Below are positions 34,420 through 50,766 of a stretch of 64,000 nt of DNA, piece after piece. Under the pieces are notes generated by a model. The model ran no database searches. It saw only the letters and a list, made by a program, of their open reading frames with translations, and had not been told where the DNA came from. Source of the DNA: Mytilus californianus (taxonomy: Eukaryota); contig NW_026262670.1 in assembly GCF_021869535.1 (NCBI RefSeq), forward strand, positions 5,332,001 to 5,396,000. The letters run 5' to 3'. Within the stretch, counting starts at the first letter, position 1. Each line of letters opens with the position of its first letter. A program made the translations under genes and the position numbers.

Positions 34420-34870
34420 AGGGGTAAATTCAGTAAAAAATCTCCCATTGACTGTAATGCTAATCTATGTCTTGAATTAAATTTATACCTGATTTACCTT
34501 TAGAAATTAGAAAATTTCATATATCATTCATGAAAGTATAAATGTAGCCCTATCATTTGCAACAATAAAAACATAGGGTCATGCGGCATTTTTGGGCCTT
34601 CACATGGCCTTGTTTACAAACACTGTAGATTCGCACTTAATTCCTTCACTGACCCCCATTACTTTTCAACCCTGTAGTAAAAAAATTTAGTACATTCAGC
34701 ATTTATTTTTTATTTTTTTTCAACTCTAGTTTTTATCCATCTATCAAAAAATATTTATTACAAACATTATCTACCAATCAGAAGAGCACATGACTTCAGT
34801 TTTATACAGAAAGCTCTCCCCCAAATGGGCGGTCCCTGATGACGTATATTTATTTACTGAATTTACCCCT
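34420..34870. mobile_element. MITE-like element A, copy 5
   Basis: Same TIRs and flanks as copy 2. Confidence 0.85.
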
Positions 34871-36111
34871 ATAAGGGACTATTTAGTAGCTTTTCCCTCT
34901 TTTTTTGTAATAATCATGTAATGTATTCAATTTTCAAGTTCCAGTTTCAATACAACATTCATAAATGCTGAACTTGTAAAGATAGAGGAAAATTTATACT
35001 ACAGCCCATACTGCGGCCAATGTATATTTGGTATATAAAGTTGCATATTGACTGTTTGTAAAAGAATGGTGTAAAATACTATGCTTAATAAATATGAATT
35101 GTTTTCTGTGTTTGCTTTGACCAGTATTGCAAGTACATCTAGAAACTAAAGTCTTAATGTACTCTTAGTTAAATTTTGCCTTATATGGAAGTGTTTGATT
35201 AAATACCCTGAAAAGACCACAAAAACACTTTTCAAAGGTTTTTTTAAGCAGTTTCATACAAAAAAAACCAACAATTATGTTTCATTTTACTAAATTTGTG
35301 TTTTAATTACTTGTAAAGTTCACAAAATGTCATTGACAATCACTCTGCAGAAATTCCTGTTACCCCAACATCAGGATGGTTTCTTCGCCAAAACTAGACA
35401 GACAAAACTGAAGTAGAAAAAAATGCCAAATATGAAAAAATAAGACTGGGTATGACCAAACTTTGCATTTGGAAGATTAAAGTAACAATTTAGAATATTT
35501 AAAAGCAATTATTTAACATAGTAATCCAATTACAAACATTTCAACACTAGTTTCATAGATGAAGGGCATGTAATCATAAAAAGTTATCTACAATTTTTTT
35601 TAAATAAAGAATCGCAATGCGTTATGTAAAAATAAATGAATATCTTCATGCGGTCAGATTATTCAAGTGTTAAAATATTTGAAAAGTGCTTATTTACAAC
35701 TTGTTCTACAACTTAACATGGTGAAACACAGCTAAAAAAAATACACTGTCAAAGGGAGGTAATTCTGATTTTCCATATGATTTTACACATAATGAGGAGA
35801 AATATGTGCAAAATGTGTTGTAAAATGGGGGGAATATTTATGCCTTTCATTGATATCATAACTCTCAAGTGTAATTTCTATTGTTTCGTTCAATCTGGAC
35901 ACAAAAACTGATTTTTACCATATACCCCATGCTTCCTCTCACAGTACACTCAGTGCATCTTGGATAGCCGAGTTAAACATAGAAATTTGTGTAAAAAACA
36001 ACTTCAAATGGTTCCAAAATGCTTCCATTGCATTAATATTCACAGGAAATAAGTTTTGTGATTATTGTGTGGCCTTGGACAAGTACAGTGACAGAATGCA
36101 TATTTTCCTAT

Positions 36112-36562
36112 AGGGGTAAATTCAGTAAAAAATCTCCCATTGACTGTAATGCTAATCTATGTCTTGAATTAAATTTATACCTGATTTACCTTTAGAAATT
36201 AGAAAATTTCATATATCATTCATGAAAGTATAAATGTAGCCCTATCATTTGCAACAATAAAAACATAGGGTCATGCGGCATTTTTGGGCCTTCACATGGC
36301 CTTGTTTACAAACACTGTAGATTCGCACTTAATTCCTTCACTGACCCCCATTACTTTTCAACCCTGTAGTAAAAAAATTTAGTACATTCAGCATTTATTT
36401 TTTATTTTTTTTCAACTCTAGTTTTTATCCATCTATCAAAAAATATTTATTACAAACATTATCTACCAATCAGAAGAGCACATGACTTCAGTTTTATACA
36501 GAAAGCTCTCCCCCAAATGGGCGGTCCCTGATGACGTATATTTATTTACTGAATTTACCCCT
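36112..36562. mobile_element. MITE-like element A, copy 6
   Basis: Same TIRs and flanks as copy 2. Confidence 0.85.
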
Positions 36563-39500
36563 ATAAGGGACTATTTAGTAGCTTTTCCCTCTTTTTTTGT
36601 AATAATCATGTAATGTATTCAATTTTCAAGTTCCAGTTTCAATACAACATTCATAAATGCTGAACTTGTAAAGATAGAGGAAAATTTATACTACAGCCCA
36701 TACTGCGGCCAATGTATATTTGGTATATAAAGTTGCATATTGACTGTTTGTAAAAGAATGGTGTAAAATACTATGCTTAATAAATATGAATTGTTTTCTG
36801 TGTTTGCTTTGACCAGTATTGCAAGTACATCTAGAAACTAAAGTCTTAATGTACTCTTAGTTAAATTTTGCCTTATATGGAAGTGTTTGATTAAATACCC
36901 TGAAAAGACCACAAAAACACTTTTCAAAGGTTTTTTTAAGCAGTTTCATACAAAAAAAACCAACAATTATGTTTCATTTTACTAAATTTGTGTTTTAATT
37001 ACTTGTAAAGTTCACAAAATGTCATTGACAATCACTCTGCAGAAATTCCTGTTACCCCAACATCAGGATGGTTTCTTCGCCAAAACTAGACAGACAAAAC
37101 TGAAGTAGAAAAAAATGCCAAATATGAAAAAATAAGACTGGGTATGACCAAACTTTGCATTTGGAAGATTAAAGTAACAATTTAGAATATTTAAAAGCAA
37201 TTATTTAACATAGTAATCCAATTACAAACATTTCAACACTAGTTTCATAGATGAAGGGCATGTAATCATAAAAAGTTATCTACAATTTTTTTTAAATAAA
37301 GAATCGCAATGCGTTATGTAAAAATAAATGAATATCTTCATGCGGTCAGATTATTCAAGTGTTAAAATATTTGAAAAGTGCTTATTTACAACTTGTTCTA
37401 CAACTTAACATGGTGAAACACAGCTAAAAAAAATACACTGTCAAAGGGAGGTAATTCTGATTTTCCATATGATTTTACACATAATGAGGAGAAATATGTG
37501 CAAAATGTGTTGTAAAATGGGGGGAATATTTATGCCTTTCATTGATATCATAACTCTCAAGTGTAATTTCTATTGTTTCGTTCAATCTGGACACAAAAAC
37601 TGATTTTTACCATATACCCCATGCTTCCTCTCACAGTACACTCAGTGCATCTTGGATAGCCGAGTTAAACATAGAAATTTGTGTAAAAAACAACTTCAAA
37701 TGGTTCCAAAATGCTTCCATTGCATTAATATTCACAGGAAATAAGTTTTGTGATTATTGTGTGGCCTTGGACAAGTACAGTGACAGAATGCATATTTTCC
37801 TATAAGGGACTATTTAGTAGCTTTTCCCTCTTTTTTTGTAATAATCATGTAATGTATTCAATTTTCAAGTTCCAGTTTCAATACAACATTCATAAATGCT
37901 GAACTTGTAAAGATAGAGGAAAATTTATACTACAGCCCATACTGCGGCCAATGTATATTTGGTATATAAAGTTGCATATTGACTGTTTGTAAAAGAATGG
38001 TGTAAAATACTATGCTTAATAAATATGAATTGTTTTCTGTGTTTGCTTTGACCAGTATTGCAAGTACATCTAGAAACTAAAGTCTTAATGTACTCTTAGT
38101 TAAATTTTGCCTTATATGGAAGTGTTTGATTAAATACCCTGAAAAGACCACAAAAACACTTTTCAAAGGTTTTTTTAAGCAGTTTCATACAAAAAAAACC
38201 AACAATTATGTTTCATTTTACTAAATTTGTGTTTTAATTACTTGTAAAGTTCACAAAATGTCATTGACAATCACTCTGCAGAAATTCCTGTTACCCCAAC
38301 ATCAGGATGGTTTCTTCGCCAAAACTAGACAGACAAAACTGAAGTAGAAAAAAATGCCAAATATGAAAAAATAAGACTGGGTATGACCAAACTTTGCATT
38401 TGGAAGATTAAAGTAACAATTTAGAATATTTAAAAGCAATTATTTAACATAGTAATCCAATTACAAACATTTCAACACTAGTTTCATAGATGAAGGGCAT
38501 GTAATCATAAAAAGTTATCTACAATTTTTTTTAAATAAAGAATCGCAATGCGTTATGTAAAAATAAATGAATATCTTCATGCGGTCAGATTATTCAAGTG
38601 TTAAAATATTTGAAAAGTGCTTATTTACAACTTGTTCTACAACTTAACATGGTGAAACACAGCTAAAAAAAATACACTGTCAAAGGGAGGTAATTCTGAT
38701 TTTCCATATGATTTTACACATAATGAGGAGAAATATGTGCAAAATGTGTTGTAAAATGGGGGGAATATTTATGCCTTTCATTGATATCATAACTCTCAAG
38801 TGTAATTTCTATTGTTTCGTTCAATCTGGACACAAAAACTGATTTTTACCATATACCCCATGCTTCCTCTCACAGTACACTCAGTGCATCTTGGATAGCC
38901 GAGTTAAACATAGAAATTTGTGTAAAAAACAACTTCAAATGGTTCCAAAATGCTTCCATTGCATTAATATTCACAGGAAATAAGTTTTGTGATTATTGTG
39001 TGGCCTTGGACAAGTACAGTGACAGAATGCATATTTTCCTATAAGGGACTATTTAGTAGCTTTTCCCTCTTTTTTTGTAATAATCATGTAATGTATTCAA
39101 TTTTCAAGTTCCAGTTTCAATACAACATTCATAAATGCTGAACTTGTAAAGATAGAGGAAAATTTATACTACAGCCCATACTGCGGCCAATGTATATTTG
39201 GTATATAAAGTTGCATATTGACTGTTTGTAAAAGAATGGTGTAAAATACTATGCTTAATAAATATGAATTGTTTTCTGTGTTTGCTTTGACCAGTATTGC
39301 AAGTACATCTAGAAACTAAAGTCTTAATGTACTCTTAGTTAAATTTTGCCTTATATGGAAGTGTTTGATTAAATACCCTGAAAAGACCACAAAAACACTT
39401 TTCAAAGGTTTTTTTAAGCAGTTTCATACAAAAAAAACCAACAATTATGTTTCATTTTACTAAATTTGTGTTTTAATTACTTGTAAAGTTCACAAAATGT

Positions 39501-42500
39501 CATTGACAATCACTCTGCAGAAATTCCTGTTACCCCAACATCAGGATGGTTTCTTCGCCAAAACTAGACAGACAAAACTGAAGTAGAAAAAAATGCCAAA
39601 TATGAAAAAATAAGACTGGGTATGACCAAACTTTGCATTTGGAAGATTAAAGTAACAATTTAGAATATTTAAAAGCAATTATTTAACATAGTAATCCAAT
39701 TACAAACATTTCAACACTAGTTTCATAGATGAAGGGCATGTAATCATAAAAAGTTATCTACAATTTTTTTTAAATAAAGAATCGCAATGCGTTATGTAAA
39801 AATAAATGAATATCTTCATGCGGTCAGATTATTCAAGTGTTAAAATATTTGAAAAGTGCTTATTTACAACTTGTTCTACAACTTAACATGGTGAAACACA
39901 GCTAAAAAAAATACACTGTCAAAGGGAGGTAATTCTGATTTTCCATATGATTTTACACATAATGAGGAGAAATATGTGCAAAATGTGTTGTAAAATGGGG
40001 GGAATATTTATGCCTTTCATTGATATCATAACTCTCAAGTGTAATTTCTATTGTTTCGTTCAATCTGGACACAAAAACTGATTTTTACCATATACCCCAT
40101 GCTTCCTCTCACAGTACACTCAGTGCATCTTGGATAGCCGAGTTAAACATAGAAATTTGTGTAAAAAACAACTTCAAATGGTTCCAAAATGCTTCCATTG
40201 CATTAATATTCACAGGAAATAAGTTTTGTGATTATTGTGTGGCCTTGGACAAGTACAGTGACAGAATGCATATTTTCCTATAAGGGACTATTTAGTAGCT
40301 TTTCCCTCTTTTTTTGTAATAATCATGTAATGTATTCAATTTTCAAGTTCCAGTTTCAATACAACATTCATAAATGCTGAACTTGTAAAGATAGAGGAAA
40401 ATTTATACTACAGCCCATACTGCGGCCAATGTATATTTGGTATATAAAGTTGCATATTGACTGTTTGTAAAAGAATGGTGTAAAATACTATGCTTAATAA
40501 ATATGAATTGTTTTCTGTGTTTGCTTTGACCAGTATTGCAAGTACATCTAGAAACTAAAGTCTTAATGTACTCTTAGTTAAATTTTGCCTTATATGGAAG
40601 TGTTTGATTAAATACCCTGAAAAGACCACAAAAACACTTTTCAAAGGTTTTTTTAAGCAGTTTCATACAAAAAAAACCAACAATTATGTTTCATTTTACT
40701 AAATTTGTGTTTTAATTACTTGTAAAGTTCACAAAATGTCATTGACAATCACTCTGCAGAAATTCCTGTTACCCCAACATCAGGATGGTTTCTTCGCCAA
40801 AACTAGACAGACAAAACTGAAGTAGAAAAAAATGCCAAATATGAAAAAATAAGACTGGGTATGACCAAACTTTGCATTTGGAAGATTAAAGTAACAATTT
40901 AGAATATTTAAAAGCAATTATTTAACATAGTAATCCAATTACAAACATTTCAACACTAGTTTCATAGATGAAGGGCATGTAATCATAAAAAGTTATCTAC
41001 AATTTTTTTTAAATAAAGAATCGCAATGCGTTATGTAAAAATAAATGAATATCTTCATGCGGTCAGATTATTCAAGTGTTAAAATATTTGAAAAGTGCTT
41101 ATTTACAACTTGTTCTACAACTTAACATGGTGAAACACAGCTAAAAAAAATACACTGTCAAAGGGAGGTAATTCTGATTTTCCATATGATTTTACACATA
41201 ATGAGGAGAAATATGTGCAAAATGTGTTGTAAAATGGGGGGAATATTTATGCCTTTCATTGATATCATAACTCTCAAGTGTAATTTCTATTGTTTCGTTC
41301 AATCTGGACACAAAAACTGATTTTTACCATATACCCCATGCTTCCTCTCACAGTACACTCAGTGCATCTTGGATAGCCGAGTTAAACATAGAAATTTGTG
41401 TAAAAAACAACTTCAAATGGTTCCAAAATGCTTCCATTGCATTAATATTCACAGGAAATAAGTTTTGTGATTATTGTGTGGCCTTGGACAAGTACAGTGA
41501 CAGAATGCATATTTTCCTATAAGGGACTATTTAGTAGCTTTTCCCTCTTTTTTTGTAATAATCATGTAATGTATTCAATTTTCAAGTTCCAGTTTCAATA
41601 CAACATTCATAAATGCTGAACTTGTAAAGATAGAGGAAAATTTATACTACAGCCCATACTGCGGCCAATGTATATTTGGTATATAAAGTTGCATATTGAC
41701 TGTTTGTAAAAGAATGGTGTAAAATACTATGCTTAATAAATATGAATTGTTTTCTGTGTTTGCTTTGACCAGTATTGCAAGTACATCTAGAAACTAAAGT
41801 CTTAATGTACTCTTAGTTAAATTTTGCCTTATATGGAAGTGTTTGATTAAATACCCTGAAAAGACCACAAAAACACTTTTCAAAGGTTTTTTTAAGCAGT
41901 TTCATACAAAAAAAACCAACAATTATGTTTCATTTTACTAAATTTGTGTTTTAATTACTTGTAAAGTTCACAAAATGTCATTGACAATCACTCTGCAGAA
42001 ATTCCTGTTACCCCAACATCAGGATGGTTTCTTCGCCAAAACTAGACAGACAAAACTGAAGTAGAAAAAAATGCCAAATATGAAAAAATAAGACTGGGTA
42101 TGACCAAACTTTGCATTTGGAAGATTAAAGTAACAATTTAGAATATTTAAAAGCAATTATTTAACATAGTAATCCAATTACAAACATTTCAACACTAGTT
42201 TCATAGATGAAGGGCATGTAATCATAAAAAGTTATCTACAATTTTTTTTAAATAAAGAATCGCAATGCGTTATGTAAAAATAAATGAATATCTTCATGCG
42301 GTCAGATTATTCAAGTGTTAAAATATTTGAAAAGTGCTTATTTACAACTTGTTCTACAACTTAACATGGTGAAACACAGCTAAAAAAAATACACTGTCAA
42401 AGGGAGGTAATTCTGATTTTCCATATGATTTTACACATAATGAGGAGAAATATGTGCAAAATGTGTTGTAAAATGGGGGGAATATTTATGCCTTTCATTG

Positions 42501-42759
42501 ATATCATAACTCTCAAGTGTAATTTCTATTGTTTCGTTCAATCTGGACACAAAAACTGATTTTTACCATATACCCCATGCTTCCTCTCACAGTACACTCA
42601 GTGCATCTTGGATAGCCGAGTTAAACATAGAAATTTGTGTAAAAAACAACTTCAAATGGTTCCAAAATGCTTCCATTGCATTAATATTCACAGGAAATAA
42701 GTTTTGTGATTATTGTGTGGCCTTGGACAAGTACAGTGACAGAATGCATATTTTCCTAT

Positions 42760-43210
42760 AGGGGTAAATTCAGTAAAAAATCTCCCATTGACTGTAATGC
42801 TAATCTATGTCTTGAATTAAATTTATACCTGATTTACCTTTAGAAATTAGAAAATTTCATATATCATTCATGAAAGTATAAATGTAGCCCTATCATTTGC
42901 AACAATAAAAACATAGGGTCATGCGGCATTTTTGGGCCTTCACATGGCCTTGTTTACAAACACTGTAGATTCGCACTTAATTCCTTCACTGACCCCCATT
43001 ACTTTTCAACCCTGTAGTAAAAAAATTTAGTACATTCAGCATTTATTTTTTATTTTTTTTCAACTCTAGTTTTTATCCATCTATCAAAAAATATTTATTA
43101 CAAACATTATCTACCAATCAGAAGAGCACATGACTTCAGTTTTATACAGAAAGCTCTCCCCCAAATGGGCGGTCCCTGATGACGTATATTTATTTACTGA
43201 ATTTACCCCT
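42760..43210. mobile_element. MITE-like element A, copy 7
   Basis: Same TIRs and flanks as copy 2. Confidence 0.85.
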
Positions 43211-45690
43211 ATAAGGGACTATTTAGTAGCTTTTCCCTCTTTTTTTGTAATAATCATGTAATGTATTCAATTTTCAAGTTCCAGTTTCAATACAACATTC
43301 ATAAATGCTGAACTTGTAAAGATAGAGGAAAATTTATACTACAGCCCATACTGCGGCCAATGTATATTTGGTATATAAAGTTGCATATTGACTGTTTGTA
43401 AAAGAATGGTGTAAAATACTATGCTTAATAAATATGAATTGTTTTCTGTGTTTGCTTTGACCAGTATTGCAAGTACATCTAGAAACTAAAGTCTTAATGT
43501 ACTCTTAGTTAAATTTTGCCTTATATGGAAGTGTTTGATTAAATACCCTGAAAAGACCACAAAAACACTTTTCAAAGGTTTTTTTAAGCAGTTTCATACA
43601 AAAAAAACCAACAATTATGTTTCATTTTACTAAATTTGTGTTTTAATTACTTGTAAAGTTCACAAAATGTCATTGACAATCACTCTGCAGAAATTCCTGT
43701 TACCCCAACATCAGGATGGTTTCTTCGCCAAAACTAGACAGACAAAACTGAAGTAGAAAAAAATGCCAAATATGAAAAAATAAGACTGGGTATGACCAAA
43801 CTTTGCATTTGGAAGATTAAAGTAACAATTTAGAATATTTAAAAGCAATTATTTAACATAGTAATCCAATTACAAACATTTCAACACTAGTTTCATAGAT
43901 GAAGGGCATGTAATCATAAAAAGTTATCTACAATTTTTTTTAAATAAAGAATCGCAATGCGTTATGTAAAAATAAATGAATATCTTCATGCGGTCAGATT
44001 ATTCAAGTGTTAAAATATTTGAAAAGTGCTTATTTACAACTTGTTCTACAACTTAACATGGTGAAACACAGCTAAAAAAAATACACTGTCAAAGGGAGGT
44101 AATTCTGATTTTCCATATGATTTTACACATAATGAGGAGAAATATGTGCAAAATGTGTTGTAAAATGGGGGGAATATTTATGCCTTTCATTGATATCATA
44201 ACTCTCAAGTGTAATTTCTATTGTTTCGTTCAATCTGGACACAAAAACTGATTTTTACCATATACCCCATGCTTCCTCTCACAGTACACTCAGTGCATCT
44301 TGGATAGCCGAGTTAAACATAGAAATTTGTGTAAAAAACAACTTCAAATGGTTCCAAAATGCTTCCATTGCATTAATATTCACAGGAAATAAGTTTTGTG
44401 ATTATTGTGTGGCCTTGGACAAGTACAGTGACAGAATGCATATTTTCCTATAAGGGACTATTTAGTAGCTTTTCCCTCTTTTTTTGTAATAATCATGTAA
44501 TGTATTCAATTTTCAAGTTCCAGTTTCAATACAACATTCATAAATGCTGAACTTGTAAAGATAGAGGAAAATTTATACTACAGCCCATACTGCGGCCAAT
44601 GTATATTTGGTATATAAAGTTGCATATTGACTGTTTGTAAAAGAATGGTGTAAAATACTATGCTTAATAAATATGAATTGTTTTCTGTGTTTGCTTTGAC
44701 CAGTATTGCAAGTACATCTAGAAACTAAAGTCTTAATGTACTCTTAGTTAAATTTTGCCTTATATGGAAGTGTTTGATTAAATACCCTGAAAAGACCACA
44801 AAAACACTTTTCAAAGGTTTTTTTAAGCAGTTTCATACAAAAAAAACCAACAATTATGTTTCATTTTACTAAATTTGTGTTTTAATTACTTGTAAAGTTC
44901 ACAAAATGTCATTGACAATCACTCTGCAGAAATTCCTGTTACCCCAACATCAGGATGGTTTCTTCGCCAAAACTAGACAGACAAAACTGAAGTAGAAAAA
45001 AATGCCAAATATGAAAAAATAAGACTGGGTATGACCAAACTTTGCATTTGGAAGATTAAAGTAACAATTTAGAATATTTAAAAGCAATTATTTAACATAG
45101 TAATCCAATTACAAACATTTCAACACTAGTTTCATAGATGAAGGGCATGTAATCATAAAAAGTTATCTACAATTTTTTTTAAATAAAGAATCGCAATGCG
45201 TTATGTAAAAATAAATGAATATCTTCATGCGGTCAGATTATTCAAGTGTTAAAATATTTGAAAAGTGCTTATTTACAACTTGTTCTACAACTTAACATGG
45301 TGAAACACAGCTAAAAAAAATACACTGTCAAAGGGAGGTAATTCTGATTTTCCATATGATTTTACACATAATGAGGAGAAATATGTGCAAAATGTGTTGT
45401 AAAATGGGGGGAATATTTATGCCTTTCATTGATATCATAACTCTCAAGTGTAATTTCTATTGTTTCGTTCAATCTGGACACAAAAACTGATTTTTACCAT
45501 ATACCCCATGCTTCCTCTCACAGTACACTCAGTGCATCTTGGATAGCCGAGTTAAACATAGAAATTTGTGTAAAAAACAACTTCAAATGGTTCCAAAATG
45601 CTTCCATTGCATTAATATTCACAGGAAATAAGTTTTGTGATTATTGTGTGGCCTTGGACAAGTACAGTGACAGAATGCATATTTTCCTAT

Positions 45691-46141
45691 AGGGGTAAAT
45701 TCAGTAAAAAATCTCCCATTGACTGTAATGCTAATCTATGTCTTGAATTAAATTTATACCTGATTTACCTTTAGAAATTAGAAAATTTCATATATCATTC
45801 ATGAAAGTATAAATGTAGCCCTATCATTTGCAACAATAAAAACATAGGGTCATGCGGCATTTTTGGGCCTTCACATGGCCTTGTTTACAAACACTGTAGA
45901 TTCGCACTTAATTCCTTCACTGACCCCCATTACTTTTCAACCCTGTAGTAAAAAAATTTAGTACATTCAGCATTTATTTTTTATTTTTTTTCAACTCTAG
46001 TTTTTATCCATCTATCAAAAAATATTTATTACAAACATTATCTACCAATCAGAAGAGCACATGACTTCAGTTTTATACAGAAAGCTCTCCCCCAAATGGG
46101 CGGTCCCTGATGACGTATATTTATTTACTGAATTTACCCCT
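45691..46141. mobile_element. MITE-like element A, copy 8
   Basis: Same TIRs and flanks as copy 2. Confidence 0.85.
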
Positions 46142-47382
46142 ATAAGGGACTATTTAGTAGCTTTTCCCTCTTTTTTTGTAATAATCATGTAATGTATTCA
46201 ATTTTCAAGTTCCAGTTTCAATACAACATTCATAAATGCTGAACTTGTAAAGATAGAGGAAAATTTATACTACAGCCCATACTGCGGCCAATGTATATTT
46301 GGTATATAAAGTTGCATATTGACTGTTTGTAAAAGAATGGTGTAAAATACTATGCTTAATAAATATGAATTGTTTTCTGTGTTTGCTTTGACCAGTATTG
46401 CAAGTACATCTAGAAACTAAAGTCTTAATGTACTCTTAGTTAAATTTTGCCTTATATGGAAGTGTTTGATTAAATACCCTGAAAAGACCACAAAAACACT
46501 TTTCAAAGGTTTTTTTAAGCAGTTTCATACAAAAAAAACCAACAATTATGTTTCATTTTACTAAATTTGTGTTTTAATTACTTGTAAAGTTCACAAAATG
46601 TCATTGACAATCACTCTGCAGAAATTCCTGTTACCCCAACATCAGGATGGTTTCTTCGCCAAAACTAGACAGACAAAACTGAAGTAGAAAAAAATGCCAA
46701 ATATGAAAAAATAAGACTGGGTATGACCAAACTTTGCATTTGGAAGATTAAAGTAACAATTTAGAATATTTAAAAGCAATTATTTAACATAGTAATCCAA
46801 TTACAAACATTTCAACACTAGTTTCATAGATGAAGGGCATGTAATCATAAAAAGTTATCTACAATTTTTTTTAAATAAAGAATCGCAATGCGTTATGTAA
46901 AAATAAATGAATATCTTCATGCGGTCAGATTATTCAAGTGTTAAAATATTTGAAAAGTGCTTATTTACAACTTGTTCTACAACTTAACATGGTGAAACAC
47001 AGCTAAAAAAAATACACTGTCAAAGGGAGGTAATTCTGATTTTCCATATGATTTTACACATAATGAGGAGAAATATGTGCAAAATGTGTTGTAAAATGGG
47101 GGGAATATTTATGCCTTTCATTGATATCATAACTCTCAAGTGTAATTTCTATTGTTTCGTTCAATCTGGACACAAAAACTGATTTTTACCATATACCCCA
47201 TGCTTCCTCTCACAGTACACTCAGTGCATCTTGGATAGCCGAGTTAAACATAGAAATTTGTGTAAAAAACAACTTCAAATGGTTCCAAAATGCTTCCATT
47301 GCATTAATATTCACAGGAAATAAGTTTTGTGATTATTGTGTGGCCTTGGACAAGTACAGTGACAGAATGCATATTTTCCTAT

Positions 47383-47833
47383 AGGGGTAAATTCAGTAAA
47401 AAATCTCCCATTGACTGTAATGCTAATCTATGTCTTGAATTAAATTTATACCTGATTTACCTTTAGAAATTAGAAAATTTCATATATCATTCATGAAAGT
47501 ATAAATGTAGCCCTATCATTTGCAACAATAAAAACATAGGGTCATGCGGCATTTTTGGGCCTTCACATGGCCTTGTTTACAAACACTGTAGATTCGCACT
47601 TAATTCCTTCACTGACCCCCATTACTTTTCAACCCTGTAGTAAAAAAATTTAGTACATTCAGCATTTATTTTTTATTTTTTTTCAACTCTAGTTTTTATC
47701 CATCTATCAAAAAATATTTATTACAAACATTATCTACCAATCAGAAGAGCACATGACTTCAGTTTTATACAGAAAGCTCTCCCCCAAATGGGCGGTCCCT
47801 GATGACGTATATTTATTTACTGAATTTACCCCT
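47383..47833. mobile_element. MITE-like element A, copy 9
   Basis: Same TIRs and flanks as copy 2. Confidence 0.85.
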
Positions 47834-49074
47834 ATAAGGGACTATTTAGTAGCTTTTCCCTCTTTTTTTGTAATAATCATGTAATGTATTCAATTTTCAA
47901 GTTCCAGTTTCAATACAACATTCATAAATGCTGAACTTGTAAAGATAGAGGAAAATTTATACTACAGCCCATACTGCGGCCAATGTATATTTGGTATATA
48001 AAGTTGCATATTGACTGTTTGTAAAAGAATGGTGTAAAATACTATGCTTAATAAATATGAATTGTTTTCTGTGTTTGCTTTGACCAGTATTGCAAGTACA
48101 TCTAGAAACTAAAGTCTTAATGTACTCTTAGTTAAATTTTGCCTTATATGGAAGTGTTTGATTAAATACCCTGAAAAGACCACAAAAACACTTTTCAAAG
48201 GTTTTTTTAAGCAGTTTCATACAAAAAAAACCAACAATTATGTTTCATTTTACTAAATTTGTGTTTTAATTACTTGTAAAGTTCACAAAATGTCATTGAC
48301 AATCACTCTGCAGAAATTCCTGTTACCCCAACATCAGGATGGTTTCTTCGCCAAAACTAGACAGACAAAACTGAAGTAGAAAAAAATGCCAAATATGAAA
48401 AAATAAGACTGGGTATGACCAAACTTTGCATTTGGAAGATTAAAGTAACAATTTAGAATATTTAAAAGCAATTATTTAACATAGTAATCCAATTACAAAC
48501 ATTTCAACACTAGTTTCATAGATGAAGGGCATGTAATCATAAAAAGTTATCTACAATTTTTTTTAAATAAAGAATCGCAATGCGTTATGTAAAAATAAAT
48601 GAATATCTTCATGCGGTCAGATTATTCAAGTGTTAAAATATTTGAAAAGTGCTTATTTACAACTTGTTCTACAACTTAACATGGTGAAACACAGCTAAAA
48701 AAAATACACTGTCAAAGGGAGGTAATTCTGATTTTCCATATGATTTTACACATAATGAGGAGAAATATGTGCAAAATGTGTTGTAAAATGGGGGGAATAT
48801 TTATGCCTTTCATTGATATCATAACTCTCAAGTGTAATTTCTATTGTTTCGTTCAATCTGGACACAAAAACTGATTTTTACCATATACCCCATGCTTCCT
48901 CTCACAGTACACTCAGTGCATCTTGGATAGCCGAGTTAAACATAGAAATTTGTGTAAAAAACAACTTCAAATGGTTCCAAAATGCTTCCATTGCATTAAT
49001 ATTCACAGGAAATAAGTTTTGTGATTATTGTGTGGCCTTGGACAAGTACAGTGACAGAATGCATATTTTCCTAT

Positions 49075-49525
49075 AGGGGTAAATTCAGTAAAAAATCTCC
49101 CATTGACTGTAATGCTAATCTATGTCTTGAATTAAATTTATACCTGATTTACCTTTAGAAATTAGAAAATTTCATATATCATTCATGAAAGTATAAATGT
49201 AGCCCTATCATTTGCAACAATAAAAACATAGGGTCATGCGGCATTTTTGGGCCTTCACATGGCCTTGTTTACAAACACTGTAGATTCGCACTTAATTCCT
49301 TCACTGACCCCCATTACTTTTCAACCCTGTAGTAAAAAAATTTAGTACATTCAGCATTTATTTTTTATTTTTTTTCAACTCTAGTTTTTATCCATCTATC
49401 AAAAAATATTTATTACAAACATTATCTACCAATCAGAAGAGCACATGACTTCAGTTTTATACAGAAAGCTCTCCCCCAAATGGGCGGTCCCTGATGACGT
49501 ATATTTATTTACTGAATTTACCCCT
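49075..49525. mobile_element. MITE-like element A, copy 10
   Basis: Same TIRs and flanks as copy 2. Confidence 0.85.
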
Positions 49526-50766
49526 ATAAGGGACTATTTAGTAGCTTTTCCCTCTTTTTTTGTAATAATCATGTAATGTATTCAATTTTCAAGTTCCAGT
49601 TTCAATACAACATTCATAAATGCTGAACTTGTAAAGATAGAGGAAAATTTATACTACAGCCCATACTGCGGCCAATGTATATTTGGTATATAAAGTTGCA
49701 TATTGACTGTTTGTAAAAGAATGGTGTAAAATACTATGCTTAATAAATATGAATTGTTTTCTGTGTTTGCTTTGACCAGTATTGCAAGTACATCTAGAAA
49801 CTAAAGTCTTAATGTACTCTTAGTTAAATTTTGCCTTATATGGAAGTGTTTGATTAAATACCCTGAAAAGACCACAAAAACACTTTTCAAAGGTTTTTTT
49901 AAGCAGTTTCATACAAAAAAAACCAACAATTATGTTTCATTTTACTAAATTTGTGTTTTAATTACTTGTAAAGTTCACAAAATGTCATTGACAATCACTC
50001 TGCAGAAATTCCTGTTACCCCAACATCAGGATGGTTTCTTCGCCAAAACTAGACAGACAAAACTGAAGTAGAAAAAAATGCCAAATATGAAAAAATAAGA
50101 CTGGGTATGACCAAACTTTGCATTTGGAAGATTAAAGTAACAATTTAGAATATTTAAAAGCAATTATTTAACATAGTAATCCAATTACAAACATTTCAAC
50201 ACTAGTTTCATAGATGAAGGGCATGTAATCATAAAAAGTTATCTACAATTTTTTTTAAATAAAGAATCGCAATGCGTTATGTAAAAATAAATGAATATCT
50301 TCATGCGGTCAGATTATTCAAGTGTTAAAATATTTGAAAAGTGCTTATTTACAACTTGTTCTACAACTTAACATGGTGAAACACAGCTAAAAAAAATACA
50401 CTGTCAAAGGGAGGTAATTCTGATTTTCCATATGATTTTACACATAATGAGGAGAAATATGTGCAAAATGTGTTGTAAAATGGGGGGAATATTTATGCCT
50501 TTCATTGATATCATAACTCTCAAGTGTAATTTCTATTGTTTCGTTCAATCTGGACACAAAAACTGATTTTTACCATATACCCCATGCTTCCTCTCACAGT
50601 ACACTCAGTGCATCTTGGATAGCCGAGTTAAACATAGAAATTTGTGTAAAAAACAACTTCAAATGGTTCCAAAATGCTTCCATTGCATTAATATTCACAG
50701 GAAATAAGTTTTGTGATTATTGTGTGGCCTTGGACAAGTACAGTGACAGAATGCATATTTTCCTAT